This document shows positions 26,390-35,882 of a stretch of DNA of 64,000 nt, one piece after another. The notes under the pieces were generated by a model. The model was not told the DNA's origin, did not search any database, and was given only the letters and a program-made list of their open reading frames with translations. Position 1 is the stretch's first letter. Each line of letters starts with the position of its first letter. The stretch is from Vulcanimicrobiota bacterium (lineage in GTDB: Bacteria; Vulcanimicrobiota; Vulcanimicrobiia; Vulcanimicrobiales; Vulcanimicrobiaceae): positions 32,268 through 96,267 of the forward strand of contig CAWIZU010000008.1 in NCBI GenBank assembly GCA_963840635.1, in the 5' to 3' direction. Position numbers and translations under genes: made by a program.

Positions 26390-28644
26390 AGTATGCGATC
26401 GCCCTACTCTGGGCTGTGTGGCTATGCGCGGCGCCCGCGTTAGCTGTCGAAACCGTCGAAGATACTTTTACCAACAAATACCACATCGAGCATTATCGCG
26501 TCGTGATCAACGACGTCGTGTTCTCTACCAACGCGTCGGTCTATCTGAGCGACGAGGAGATCGTTTACGTCTCGGACACCGATATCGACGCGTGGACGCT
26601 CAAACGTCCGCGCGATGCAACTTTTGAGCGCGACGGTCATCGCTACTATGGCTTGCAGACCGATTTGAATTTGGCGGCGTCATTCAACAAGCATGACCAT
26701 ACGCTCGAGATCGTCGCGCCGAGTTCGGCCTTTCTCGGCGAGCCTGACGATCAGAAACGGCTTCCGCCGACGACGCCCGGACGCGGCGCCTTTTTCAACT
26801 ACAATCTCAACGAGGCAAACCAGAGCTACGATTTCTACGCAGTGAGCCAAGGCGGCATCTATCAGCTGAAATATCAAAGCACGACGAGCACCGAGTTCCG
26901 CTTCTATCGCTCGCTGTTGCGGTGGTTTCAACTCGACTCGGCGACGCACCGCGCGATCTCGGTCGGCGACGGGAACACGAACGGCGGCTGGATCGGCTCG
27001 AGCATTCCGTTCGCGGGGGTGCGTTACGCAAGCGACTATACGAGCGACCCAACCTACGTCTCGCGCGGTGCACCGTCGGTCTCGGGGTTCGCCACTGCAC
27101 CTTCGCTGCTCGAGGTGTACATCAACAACGTGCTCCAGATTCAGCGATACGTTCCCGAAGGTCCGTTCACGGTGGACGGCCTTCCGACATCGGCGGCAAA
27201 CTCCGATGTCGTCATGGTTCTCACCGATCAGAAAGGCGTCAAGACGACTCAAGAAGCGCGCCCCCTCTACAATCCGACGTTTCTCGGGCGCGGATTCTCG
27301 GAGTTCCGGATCGACAGCGGCATCGCGACCCAAAACGTCAATCAGCCAACGCAATATTATCGCGGCTTTGTTACCCAAGCGGACGTTCGCTATGGTCTCA
27401 CCGACACCATCAGCGCGGTCGTACTCGGCGAGACGATCAACAGCAAAAACTTTGCCGACGTCGGCGCCGATTTCTTGCTTGCCAAGGACAATACGTTCGG
27501 CTTTCGCGTCGGCACCGGTAACATACGCCGAGCGAGCGAATATCGCCTCAATCTGCAAAGCGGAAAGGTGACGTTTACCGAGGACTACGCGCTCAATTCG
27601 CAGACCACGCTCGCGGTGAGCGGCGACGACTTCGACAACACGATCCAAAACCTCACCGAGCAAAGCAATCTGAACTTCCCAATTGGTGAAAAGTGGACGT
27701 TTCAGCTCGCTCTCAGCCGCAGCCGGTCGAACCAGGGAACCGATTCCTCGAACGTCTCGGGCACGGCGAGCACGAGCATCGGGAAATTCAATCTCTCTCT
27801 CACGCCCATGTACAATTTCATCACGCGCAAATATAGCGCCAACGCCAACCTGAGCGTAAATCTCGATTCCGCGCACTCGCTGAGCGCCACAAGTGCGGTT
27901 GATGAGTCGGGACAGGCAACGGGCGCGGTCACGTGGAGAAAATCTCCGGTGGATCCCGACGATCCCATCACGATGAGCGTCAAGTACTCAGCGGCCCAAA
28001 CCCAGGACAAAGAATTCTTCATCGAAGATGATATGCCATGGGCGGTCGCGAGCTTCAACTATCAGCAACAGTTTGGCCGCAACATCTACAATCCGCAACT
28101 GTTGGGCGCACTCGCGCTCGTTGGTGGAAAAGTCTACGCGCTAAAAACGATAGGCGAGGGCGAATCGTTCGGCCTACTGCAGGTTCCGGGCGCGAGCAAC
28201 GCGCGCGTAAAAGTGAACGGATCCGACGCCGGCACAACCAACGGGCAAGGCTGGTTGTTCCTGCGCGGGCTTCAGCCATATCGTGAGAACATGATCGACG
28301 TCAACCCGGCGGATCTACCGATCTACTACAACCTCGAAGACCCGCTCGACGTCGTGCCGCGCAAGTCGGCGCCGATTCGCGTGACCAACCTCGTAACTTC
28401 TCGGGGCGGGTTCACGTTCGAGGCGGTAGACGCACACGGCGTACCGCTTGCCGCGGCAAGTCTGATCACGTCGGAAGGGAAACAGTATCCCGTCGGATAT
28501 GGTGGCCGCGTCTACGTCGGCGGCATGGCGCCGGGAGCCGCGATCTTTCATGGCGTGGCCCTCGGGAAGTCTTGCTCGATGGAGATCGTGGTGCCGAAGG
28601 ACACAACGACGATCCCGGACTTAGGACCTACGACTTGTCTTTGA
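26386..28644 (+). CDS. outer-membrane fimbrial usher (PapC/FimD family)
   Basis: GTG 26386 lies within ORF 25924..28644 and overlaps the chaperone TGA. It has a signal peptide (AIALLWAVWLCAAPALAVE). LLEVYINNVLQIQRYVPEGPFTVDGLPTSAANSDVVMVLTDQKGV is the usher plug/barrel signature. A long beta-rich middle is followed by a C-terminal Cys pair (GKSCSMEI...GPTTCL). Confidence 0.8.
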   Translation: MKYAIALLWAVWLCAAPALAVETVEDTFTNKYHIEHYRVVINDVVFSTNASVYLSDEEIVYVSDTDIDAWTLKRPRDATFERDGHRYYGLQTDLNLAASFNKHDHTLEIVAPSSAFLGEPDDQKRLPPTTPGRGAFFNYNLNEANQSYDFYAVSQGGIYQLKYQSTTSTEFRFYRSLLRWFQLDSATHRAISVGDGNTNGGWIGSSIPFAGVRYASDYTSDPTYVSRGAPSVSGFATAPSLLEVYINNVLQIQRYVPEGPFTVDGLPTSAANSDVVMVLTDQKGVKTTQEARPLYNPTFLGRGFSEFRIDSGIATQNVNQPTQYYRGFVTQADVRYGLTDTISAVVLGETINSKNFADVGADFLLAKDNTFGFRVGTGNIRRASEYRLNLQSGKVTFTEDYALNSQTTLAVSGDDFDNTIQNLTEQSNLNFPIGEKWTFQLALSRSRSNQGTDSSNVSGTASTSIGKFNLSLTPMYNFITRKYSANANLSVNLDSAHSLSATSAVDESGQATGAVTWRKSPVDPDDPITMSVKYSAAQTQDKEFFIEDDMPWAVASFNYQQQFGRNIYNPQLLGALALVGGKVYALKTIGEGESFGLLQVPGASNARVKVNGSDAGTTNGQGWLFLRGLQPYRENMIDVNPADLPIYYNLEDPLDVVPRKSAPIRVTNLVTSRGGFTFEAVDAHGVPLAAASLITSEGKQYPVGYGGRVYVGGMAPGAAIFHGVALGKSCSMEIVVPKDTTTIPDLGPTTCL

Positions 28645-29167
28645 AGCGCGCAGCCGACTCGGCTATCTCGCGTCGCGCAGCTTGCGCGTCTTGCCAGTCG
28701 CCGACGCGTGTTTCCTTACCCTCGAGCAGTTTATAGGTGGCGAAGAAGTGCGAGATCTTGCGCAACTGGTGCGGGAAGATCTGCGTGTAGTTGTGCACTT
28801 CGTCGAAGTTTGGCTCGCCCAGCGGAACGGCGAGAATCTTATCGTCTTGCTTGTCGCCGTCGACCATCTCAAGCAACCCGATCGGCCTTGCGGCGACCAA
28901 ACACCCTGGGAACGTCGGCTCGATCGCGAGCACGAGGATGTCGAGCGGATCGCCGTCAAGGGCGAGCGTTTGCGGCGCGAAGCCGTAGTCACCAGGATAG
29001 TGGATAGACGAATGCAGCGCGCGGTCGAGGCGAAAGATGTCGAGTTGCTTGTCGTATTCGTACTTGTTGCGCGACCCTTCCGGAATCTCCACCACGACAT
29101 TGATTTCGTCGGGCTGACGGTCGCCGAGCGGCAATAGTAAATAATTACGGGGATCCGGAAGGCTCAT
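28628..29167 (-). CDS. ppa: soluble inorganic pyrophosphatase (family I)
   Basis: Met83 of ORF 28628..29413. INVVVEIPEGSRNKYEYD, YPGDYGFAPQTLALDGDPLDILVL and DDKILAV are present. Confidence 0.9.
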   Translation of the reverse strand: MSLPDPRNYLLLPLGDRQPDEINVVVEIPEGSRNKYEYDKQLDIFRLDRALHSSIHYPGDYGFAPQTLALDGDPLDILVLAIEPTFPGCLVAARPIGLLEMVDGDKQDDKILAVPLGEPNFDEVHNYTQIFPHQLRKISHFFATYKLLEGKETRVGDWQDAQAARREIAESAARFKDKS

Positions 29168-29213
29168 GATGGCGCAGGTTGTTCGCGTAGCCCGCATAAG
29201 AGACCTCGAACGG

Positions 29214-30404
29214 ATGGAAGACGTCGAGTTTCTCGTAATTGGAGCCGGGCCGGCGGGCGCCACTGCTGCGCGCGAAGCGGCGCGCAGCGGCGTCGAAACC
29301 CTGGTGCTGGAAAAGGATGCCGTTGTCGGCGCGAAACGTGTCTGCGCCGCGGGCCTGCGCCCGGGTTTCTGCCGTACCTTCGATCTGCCGCGCTCACTAG
29401 TGCATTGCGACACACCGCGCCTTGCACTCTTTGATGCACGCGGCCGCGAACACGAAGTCTACTTTGGACCAGGACACACGACGACGCGTGAAGAGCTCGA
29501 TGGCGAGATCGCGCGTCTTGCAGCGAGTGAAGGCGCAGTCATCCGGACCCAGTCGCTGTGGCGTTCATTCGAACGTGACGAGCATGACTGCGTTGTCGAG
29601 TATGCCGACGTGCACGGTGGGCAACGGCAACGCGTCCGCGCGCGCAACGTGTTCTTCGCGCAAGGCGCAACGGCACGGTTCGATCGGGTATTCGCGGACG
29701 CGCGCTGGAACGACGGACTGATGACGACGTTGCAGTACCGTGTCTATCTCGATCGGCCCGCCGCTCCGATTGCGTACCAAACGCTGGAACTTCATTACTA
29801 TGCCGCCCACGACGGGCGTCAGATCGTCGCCTGGATGTTTCCAAAACGCGATCACTTGGCGATTGGACTTGGGCTCGTGGGCAAGCTTCAGGGATCCCGC
29901 TTGCGCGAGGAACTCGACGCGTTCACGCAGCGCGTGCGTGCCCGACTCTACCCGCACGCCAATGTTAACCACGTTAAGGAAGAAGGGCATCTGCTCTACG
30001 GTGGTTGGCCGCGCGCGCAGTTTGCCGCGCAAACAGCGATGATCGGCGGTACGGCGGCCGGGCTCGTCGACGCAACCAACGGCGAAGGGATTTTCGAAGC
30101 AGCGATGAGCGGACGTCTCGCGGCGGCCGCAGTGCGAGAGAATCGCGCGCGGCCCGAACGCGCCGCAGCGCAGTATGCTGCGCAACTACGCGCGCGGTTT
30201 GGGCGTCGCCTCGAGCATCGCGTGCGCCTGATGCGCTATCTGGAGGCGCGGCCGGCGCGCTACGGTGTGCTTTTCGAGCAACTGGCCCGCACACCGCACT
30301 TTGCAAATGCTTTGCAGAAGGAGGACCACGAGCGGTCGCCGCTCGACCGCCTGGTGCTCTCCTTCAACGCACTGCGGTTTGCGACGCGGGCCTCGTTCGG
30401 ATAG
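29214..30404 (+). CDS. geranylgeranyl-reductase-family FAD-dependent oxidoreductase
   Basis: ORF 29166..30404. MEDVEFLVIGAGPAGATAAREAARSGVETLVLEK is a Rossmann GxGxxG placed at the N terminus if translation starts at ATG 29214. GGTAAGLVDATNGEGIFEAAMSG is also present. Confidence 0.75.
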   Translation: MEDVEFLVIGAGPAGATAAREAARSGVETLVLEKDAVVGAKRVCAAGLRPGFCRTFDLPRSLVHCDTPRLALFDARGREHEVYFGPGHTTTREELDGEIARLAASEGAVIRTQSLWRSFERDEHDCVVEYADVHGGQRQRVRARNVFFAQGATARFDRVFADARWNDGLMTTLQYRVYLDRPAAPIAYQTLELHYYAAHDGRQIVAWMFPKRDHLAIGLGLVGKLQGSRLREELDAFTQRVRARLYPHANVNHVKEEGHLLYGGWPRAQFAAQTAMIGGTAAGLVDATNGEGIFEAAMSGRLAAAAVRENRARPERAAAQYAAQLRARFGRRLEHRVRLMRYLEARPARYGVLFEQLARTPHFANALQKEDHERSPLDRLVLSFNALRFATRASFG

Positions 30405-30436
30405 TCGTCGAAGCGGCATAGCACGGATTTTATCGC

Positions 30437-31258
30437 GTGTCGACTATTGTTATATCGGAACACGAATTTCAGGTGTTGCGCGATTTGATTCGCGAACGCT
30501 TTGGGATTTTCTATGACGACACGAAGCAGTTTCTGCTGCAGAGCCGTCTGCAAACGCGATTGCTCAAGGTCCGTGTCTCCGACTTTGCGGCCTACCATCG
30601 TTACCTCGTGGCTTCGCTCGATCGCGAAGGCGAGTGGTCGGAGCTGGCATCGGTCCTCTCCAACAACGAAACGTACTTCTTTCGCGAGCGCGCGCAATTG
30701 GATGTGATTGCGACCGACGTACTGCAAGAAGCGCAACACGCGGGGACCCCGCTGCGTATCTGGTCGTCGGCGTGCTCGACCGGCGAAGAGCCGTATACGA
30801 TCGGAATGTTGCTGCACCAGACGCACCGCATTGCCGCGGCGAATCTGATTCTGCGAGCGACCGATCTCTCGCCGCGCGCGCTCGAACGGGCTGCCACCGG
30901 TTTCTATCGGGAACTTTCCTTTCGCGCGACGCCCCCGGAGATGGTGCAGCGTTACTTTCGCCCCTTTGAAGGCGGCTTTTTCATTAACGACGAGATCAAG
31001 CGGATGGTGGAATTCTCGCGCATCAATCTGATGGATGCGCACGCCGTCGCGGCGATGGGCACGTTCGATGCGATCCTCTGTCGCAACGTGTTGATCTACT
31101 TCGAGAAACCGACGCAGAAACGCGTGGTCGAGGCCTTTGCGGAGGCGCTGCGCCCGGGCGGCTTTCTCTTCTTGGGTCATGCCGAATCGATCATGCGCGT
31201 GACCGACAAGTACGAGCCGGTCGTGACGCCGAAAGCCATATACTACCGACGGAAGTGA
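30437..31258 (+). CDS. cheR: chemotaxis protein methyltransferase CheR
   Basis: 273-aa ORF with NETYFFRE, LRIWSSACSTGEEPYTIGMLL and FDAILCRNVLIYF. Confidence 0.9.
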   Translation: MSTIVISEHEFQVLRDLIRERFGIFYDDTKQFLLQSRLQTRLLKVRVSDFAAYHRYLVASLDREGEWSELASVLSNNETYFFRERAQLDVIATDVLQEAQHAGTPLRIWSSACSTGEEPYTIGMLLHQTHRIAAANLILRATDLSPRALERAATGFYRELSFRATPPEMVQRYFRPFEGGFFINDEIKRMVEFSRINLMDAHAVAAMGTFDAILCRNVLIYFEKPTQKRVVEAFAEALRPGGFLFLGHAESIMRVTDKYEPVVTPKAIYYRRK

Positions 31259-31274
31259 TGAGTGGTCACTAAAT

Positions 31275-32360
31275 ATGTCGCAGATTAGCGTACTTGTGGT
31301 CGACGACTCGGCATTCATGCGCCGAGCCATCGCCACGATGATCGAACAGGAACCCGATCTTCGGGTCGTTGCGACCGCGCGCAGCGGCGAAGAAGCGATC
31401 ACGAAAGCGCTGCAGATGAATCCCGACGTCATCACGATGGACGTCGAGATGCCGGGCATGGGCGGCCTCGAGGCCGTGCGCCAGATCGTCGCCGATCATC
31501 GCATTCCGATCATCATGTGCAGCTCGCTCACGCGCGAGGGTGCTGAGACGACCTTCCGGGCGCTCGAACTGGGCGCGGTCGATTTCATCTCGAAACCGGA
31601 TGCTGCCTACGTCAACATCACCGACGTTGCCCGCGACTTGATCGCGAAGATCCGCGCGGTTTCGCGTCGTGGCGCACAGCCCGCTCAGCCGATCGTGCAC
31701 GCGCCGCCGCCGATCGAGCAGGCGCAGCAGATCGCGCCGCCGGCCGCCCCACGCCCGCGTTTTTCGCTGACCTCGCGTTATGAAATGGTGGCAATCGGCA
31801 CATCGACCGGCGGGCCGGTTGCCCTCTCGCGCGTCGTGCCGATGCTTCCTGGGAACTTTCCACTGCCCATCCTGATCGTCCAACACATGCCGATGGGCTT
31901 TACGCGTCCGCTCGCCGACCGGCTCAACGCCGTCAGCAAGCTCGCCGTGCACGAAGCCGTCAACGGCATGATTCTCGAGGCGGGCACGGCGCTGGTCGTT
32001 CCGAGCGGAAAGCAGGTCGACTTGCGGCGCCGCGGGCCCGGCGAGACCGAGGTGCGACTGGTCGACGATGACGGCTCCTCGCTACACATTCCCAGCGTCG
32101 ATCACATGACCGCGCAGGTCGCACAGGCGTACGGCAAGGCTGCGATCGGCGTGATTCTCACCGGCATGGGCAACGACGGTGTGCGCGGTTTACGAGAACT
32201 TAAAGAACGTGGCGGCTACGTGCTGGGCCAAGACGAGGCCACGTGCGTCGTATACGGGATGCCGCGCGCGGCTGCGAAGGAGGGCCTGGTTGACCGCGAA
32301 GTACCACTCGATGAGATTTCGCCGACGCTGATAAATCTTGCAGGTGTGGCGAAGTCTTAA
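31275..32360 (+). CDS. cheB: chemotaxis response regulator protein-glutamate methylesterase CheB
   Basis: 361-aa ORF. A receiver domain (VLVVDDSAFMR...DVITMDVEMPGMGG) is followed by a methylesterase domain (VAIGTSTGGP..., ILIVQHMP, GMGNDG). Confidence 0.92.
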   Translation: MSQISVLVVDDSAFMRRAIATMIEQEPDLRVVATARSGEEAITKALQMNPDVITMDVEMPGMGGLEAVRQIVADHRIPIIMCSSLTREGAETTFRALELGAVDFISKPDAAYVNITDVARDLIAKIRAVSRRGAQPAQPIVHAPPPIEQAQQIAPPAAPRPRFSLTSRYEMVAIGTSTGGPVALSRVVPMLPGNFPLPILIVQHMPMGFTRPLADRLNAVSKLAVHEAVNGMILEAGTALVVPSGKQVDLRRRGPGETEVRLVDDDGSSLHIPSVDHMTAQVAQAYGKAAIGVILTGMGNDGVRGLRELKERGGYVLGQDEATCVVYGMPRAAAKEGLVDREVPLDEISPTLINLAGVAKS

Positions 32361-32458
32361 CCTGCTCGAAGCAAAACGCTGACGAAGGCCGGTAGGAGGG
32401 TCATGGAGGATTCTGAATACGGACTGCGGACGCGCAAAGCGCGCGCCCTCGGGGTTGC

Positions 32459-33409
32459 ATGAAGCTGAACCGTAGTCCGCGTGCCTACGTTATCGGCGGC
32501 GTCGAACTCTCGCGAGAAGAGATCGTTCACAAGTATTTGCACTTGGTGAAATACGTGGCCGGTCGAATCTCGGTAAACCTCCCGCCGAACGTTGAGATCA
32601 ACGATCTCATCAACGACGGGATTTTAGGTTTGATCGACGCCATCGAAAAATACGACGACGCGCGTGGTGTGAAGTTCGAGACCTACGCAATCACTCGTAT
32701 CAACGGGGCGATTCTTGACGCCCTGCGTTCGCTCGACTGGGTACCGCGCGCCGTGCGCCAGCGCGCTCGCGAGTTGGAGCGCACCTATCAAGAACTCGAG
32801 GTCGAACTCGGCCGTGCGCCGAGCGAGGCCGAAGTCGGTCAACGCCTGGGCCTCTCGAAAAAAGAGTTCGATCAGTTGATCCAGCGCGTGCGCGGCACCG
32901 CAGTGCTCTCACTCGAAGAGTTTCTGCCCAACGAAAAGGGCTACGAGATACCGCTGGTCGACACGCTCCGCGACGACGACAACGACGTGATGAGTGAGGT
33001 CGAGTCGCGCGAGGTCCATGCAGAGCTCGTGCGCGCGGTCGAAAACCTTCCGCCGCAAGAGCGCACGGTCATCACGCTCTACTACTTCGAGGGCCAGACG
33101 CTCAAAGAGATCAAGGGCGCACTGGGCGTCTCGGAATCACGGGTCTCGCAGATCCATGCGCAAGCCGTGATCCACCTGCGCCAGCGCCTGCGCGAATTGC
33201 GCAACGACCTTGGGTACCGCGACGACGACCCGACGATCAAACAGAAGTATCTGCGGCGGCCGCCTACCACCGGCACGGAACCTGCCGTCGAAGGTAAAGA
33301 AAATAAAGTAGAACGGACGCTGCGAGGGGAAATACCCGACCATGGCGATTCGTCCCGCGGATCTGCAACTGGCGTACCTGGCCGCCCCGCAAAACGCGGC
33401 CCAGGTTAG
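32459..33409 (+). CDS. fliA: flagellar sigma factor FliA/WhiG (sigma-28) with an atypical ~65-aa C-terminal tail
   Basis: Region 2 is DLINDGILGLIDAIEKYDDARGVKFETYAITRINGAILDALR. Region 4 is ERTVITLYYFEGQTLKEIKGALGVSESRVSQIHAQAVIHLR. The ORF continues about 215 nt past region 4.2 and overlaps the next ORF by 68 nt. Confidence 0.88.
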   Translation: MKLNRSPRAYVIGGVELSREEIVHKYLHLVKYVAGRISVNLPPNVEINDLINDGILGLIDAIEKYDDARGVKFETYAITRINGAILDALRSLDWVPRAVRQRARELERTYQELEVELGRAPSEAEVGQRLGLSKKEFDQLIQRVRGTAVLSLEEFLPNEKGYEIPLVDTLRDDDNDVMSEVESREVHAELVRAVENLPPQERTVITLYYFEGQTLKEIKGALGVSESRVSQIHAQAVIHLRQRLRELRNDLGYRDDDPTIKQKYLRRPPTTGTEPAVEGKENKVERTLRGEIPDHGDSSRGSATGVPGRPAKRGPG

Positions 33410-33671
33410 CGCTGCGCAGCAAGCCGCAACAAACGCCCAGGCTGCCGCTCAGGCCGCATTCGCCGCGCAAGTACAAGAGCGCGAAGAGATGGTCAAAGGG
33501 ACTGAGCACGCCGAACGCACCGGTCTTCGCACCAATCCCGACGGCAGCAACGGCGGTAAGTATACGCCGGAAGGCCGTCGCCAACAGCCGCACGGCGACG
33601 ACGAATCGGCGGAGAATGCACCGCTTGAATTGTCCGGCGAAGGCGAACACTTCATCGATTTCACCGCCTAG
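33342..33671 (+). CDS. hypothetical Ala/Gln-rich protein
   Basis: 109-aa ORF lying between fliA and the FliK-like gene. No family recognised. Confidence 0.45.
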   Translation: MAIRPADLQLAYLAAPQNAAQVSAAQQAATNAQAAAQAAFAAQVQEREEMVKGTEHAERTGLRTNPDGSNGGKYTPEGRRQQPHGDDESAENAPLELSGEGEHFIDFTA

Positions 33672-33681
33672 AGCCTGACGA

Positions 33682-35580
33682 ATGTCCGGCCTCGATCCGC
33701 TCGCTGCACTCGCTGCTCAAGCGGTCGCGAATGCGCAGGCTGCGATGGACGAGGCTGTGCTCAGCCTCAACCTCGGCGATGCGGCTGTACTCCAAGCTCA
33801 GGTCAACGTAGGCGAAGTTATCGCTGCTACGGTGTTGCCGCCGCAGGGTGGCACCGATTTGCTCTCGTTTCTCGGCCAGACCGTCATCGCACAAATTCCG
33901 CCCGGGATCCATCCGGGCGAAACGATGCTCTTGCAGGTGACGGGATTTACGAACTCCGCGGTGATCGTAAAAAATCTCGGGACGCTCGATCCGGACAATC
34001 CGATACCGACCGTGAACGTTGAGCTCCCGCCGCCCGCGCCGGGTGTGCCGCAGAGTGCCGTGCTAACGACGACAATTCCGCCCGCGACGACGAACGCGTC
34101 GGCGCTGCCTTCATCACCGGCGTCGCAGCCCACGACGGCACCGCTCTCGCCGGCGTCAACCCCGACGGCCGCAACTCCGCCGCCGGCGACGCCCATCTAT
34201 GTTGCGCCGCCACGCGAGGTGTTCGTTGCCGCCTCAGTGCGTCCAAACGCGTCGATCGAGCGTGTCGAGCAGACCGTTGCGCAGGTTGCAGAGCAAATCG
34301 AAGACGAGGCCCGCAACGCGGGGAGCGACGTCGAGGCGCGACTCGCGCTCAGTCGTGCAAGCGCTCCGCCTCCGCCACCCCAAGTGCCGGCTGCGCCACC
34401 GCCGGCGGCTGCATCGGCGACGCCGATCGCACGCACCGTCCCGCAAACGTTTCCGGTTGCCCCTCCGATCGTGCGTCCCGCGGCGACCGCGGCGGCGGCG
34501 CCGGAGCTCGCGCAAGCGGCGCAGCCGCCCGTTGCGGATGCCGAAAGCGCGTTGCTTACGCGCTTGCGCGTGCCGATCACGCCGGTGACGCTTGCCGCGG
34601 CTCGGACCATAACCACGGCAACGCAGAACGTAAGCGCTAGCTACGAACGTCTCGAGAGTGCGCTCGCAAAACTTGCGCCCGAAGAGAGCGGGGCGCTACG
34701 CTCGATGCTCGCGTTCGTCGCCCGCTTCGATCTGCGCGACGTGCGTGCGCTGCCGGAGCAGATCGCAACCTTCGTATCCGACGTGCTCGACGGCGCTGAA
34801 GCGAAGCTCGTCCAAGCGGTCAGTGCATGGAACGAGTTGGTGGAGACGCCGCTGCTACCGGGACAAACGACGGTCGCGGAAGCGCAAGCGGGGACGCAAC
34901 CACCGCTGCCGGCGCAAGCGCAGCCGGCGGTGACGCAACCGCCGCAACCATCGGCCGCGCAACAGCCGATCGCAGCGCAACAATCACCGGCAAACGTCGC
35001 GGCCGTCGCCGCGCAAGCCGCCGAGCGCGGCGCAGCGATGGAGTACGATGTAAAAGCGGCGATCCTCGCGATGATCGCCTCGCCAACGGGCACGAATTCT
35101 CCGGCGATCGCGGGCGCGCTGCGCGACGCACTCACCGCAACGACCGCGCTGCAGCTCAATGTCCTCAATGCGCAGGCCAGTGACACGCATGCGATCACGA
35201 TTCCGTTGCCCGCGTACTTCTATGACGGTGGCCAGCCGGCGTCGCTGCGCATCTCGCGCGATGCCCCGAATTCCAAGACGAAGCTCGACGCCGACAACTT
35301 CCACATCGCCTTCGTGCTCGACACGAAGTCGCTCGGAACCGTCGCGATCGACGTGCAGACCGTTGGCCGCGCGGTAAGCATCGACGTCAAAACGCAAGCC
35401 ACGCCGGCGGCCGATCGTTTTCGTTCGACGCTCGGTGATCTACGCTCTCGCCTCGAACAGATGCGCTATCGTGTGGCTGCGATTGGCGCCGACATTGCTC
35501 CGCCGCGGGGCGAGCGGACGCCGATAACGCAGGCGCCCACGGCGGCCGAACGCAAGTCGTTCTGGGATATGCGCGCATGA
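33682..35580 (+). CDS. FliK-like (hook-length-control-like) Pro/Ala-rich protein, second copy in the window
   Basis: 632-aa ORF with a long P/A/T-rich middle. The C-terminal segment FHIAFVLDTKSLGTVAIDVQTVGRAVSIDVKTQATPAADRFRSTLGDLRSRLEQMRYRVAAIG has the Flg_hook-domain pattern. The next gene is an FlhB-C-terminal homologue. Confidence 0.6.
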   Translation: MSGLDPLAALAAQAVANAQAAMDEAVLSLNLGDAAVLQAQVNVGEVIAATVLPPQGGTDLLSFLGQTVIAQIPPGIHPGETMLLQVTGFTNSAVIVKNLGTLDPDNPIPTVNVELPPPAPGVPQSAVLTTTIPPATTNASALPSSPASQPTTAPLSPASTPTAATPPPATPIYVAPPREVFVAASVRPNASIERVEQTVAQVAEQIEDEARNAGSDVEARLALSRASAPPPPPQVPAAPPPAAASATPIARTVPQTFPVAPPIVRPAATAAAAPELAQAAQPPVADAESALLTRLRVPITPVTLAAARTITTATQNVSASYERLESALAKLAPEESGALRSMLAFVARFDLRDVRALPEQIATFVSDVLDGAEAKLVQAVSAWNELVETPLLPGQTTVAEAQAGTQPPLPAQAQPAVTQPPQPSAAQQPIAAQQSPANVAAVAAQAAERGAAMEYDVKAAILAMIASPTGTNSPAIAGALRDALTATTALQLNVLNAQASDTHAITIPLPAYFYDGGQPASLRISRDAPNSKTKLDADNFHIAFVLDTKSLGTVAIDVQTVGRAVSIDVKTQATPAADRFRSTLGDLRSRLEQMRYRVAAIGADIAPPRGERTPITQAPTAAERKSFWDMRA

Positions 35581-35882
35581 GCCGTTTCTTCGATTTCCGA
35601 AAATCGGTATTCAAACGCCCGGCTGCGGCGGCGCTGAAGTGGGATCCGCTCTCTTCCGAGCCGCCTGAGGTCGTTGCCGTGGGTCGTGGCGTGACCGCCG
35701 AGACGATCCTTCGCATCGCCAAAGAACGCGGCATTCCAATCTACGAAGACCCGGGATTGGTTGAAGCGCTCGCGCGCCTCAACGTAAGCGATTTCATTCC
35801 GCGCGAGCTCTACGCGGTCGTGGCTGAAGTGCTCGCCTACGTCTATCGCGTCGATCAAGCGTTCCGCGAGCGTGCGGAGTAG
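35577..35882 (+). CDS. FlhB C-terminal-domain-like protein (EscU/YscU/HrcU family, YlqH type)
   Basis: 101-aa ORF with PEVVAVGRGVTAETILRIAKERGIPIYEDPGLVEALARLNVSDFIPRELYAVVAEVLAYVY. It has an ATGA overlap with the upstream gene. Confidence 0.8.
   Translation: MSRFFDFRKSVFKRPAAAALKWDPLSSEPPEVVAVGRGVTAETILRIAKERGIPIYEDPGLVEALARLNVSDFIPRELYAVVAEVLAYVYRVDQAFRERAE

Noticed and set aside
29165-29171. Head-to-head overlapping start codons (CATGATG) of ppa (-) and the reductase ORF (+).
   Set aside because: The reductase most likely starts at ATG 29214, which places its GxGxxG motif at the N terminus. The apparent overlap is then an artefact of taking the longest ORF.
33682-35580. The 632-aa Pro/Ala-rich ORF as a spurious GC-rich ORF.
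   Set aside because: It has an ordered N-terminal segment, a FliK-type C-terminal domain pattern, an ATGA coupling to an FlhB-like gene, and high third-position GC. It is kept as a real gene.
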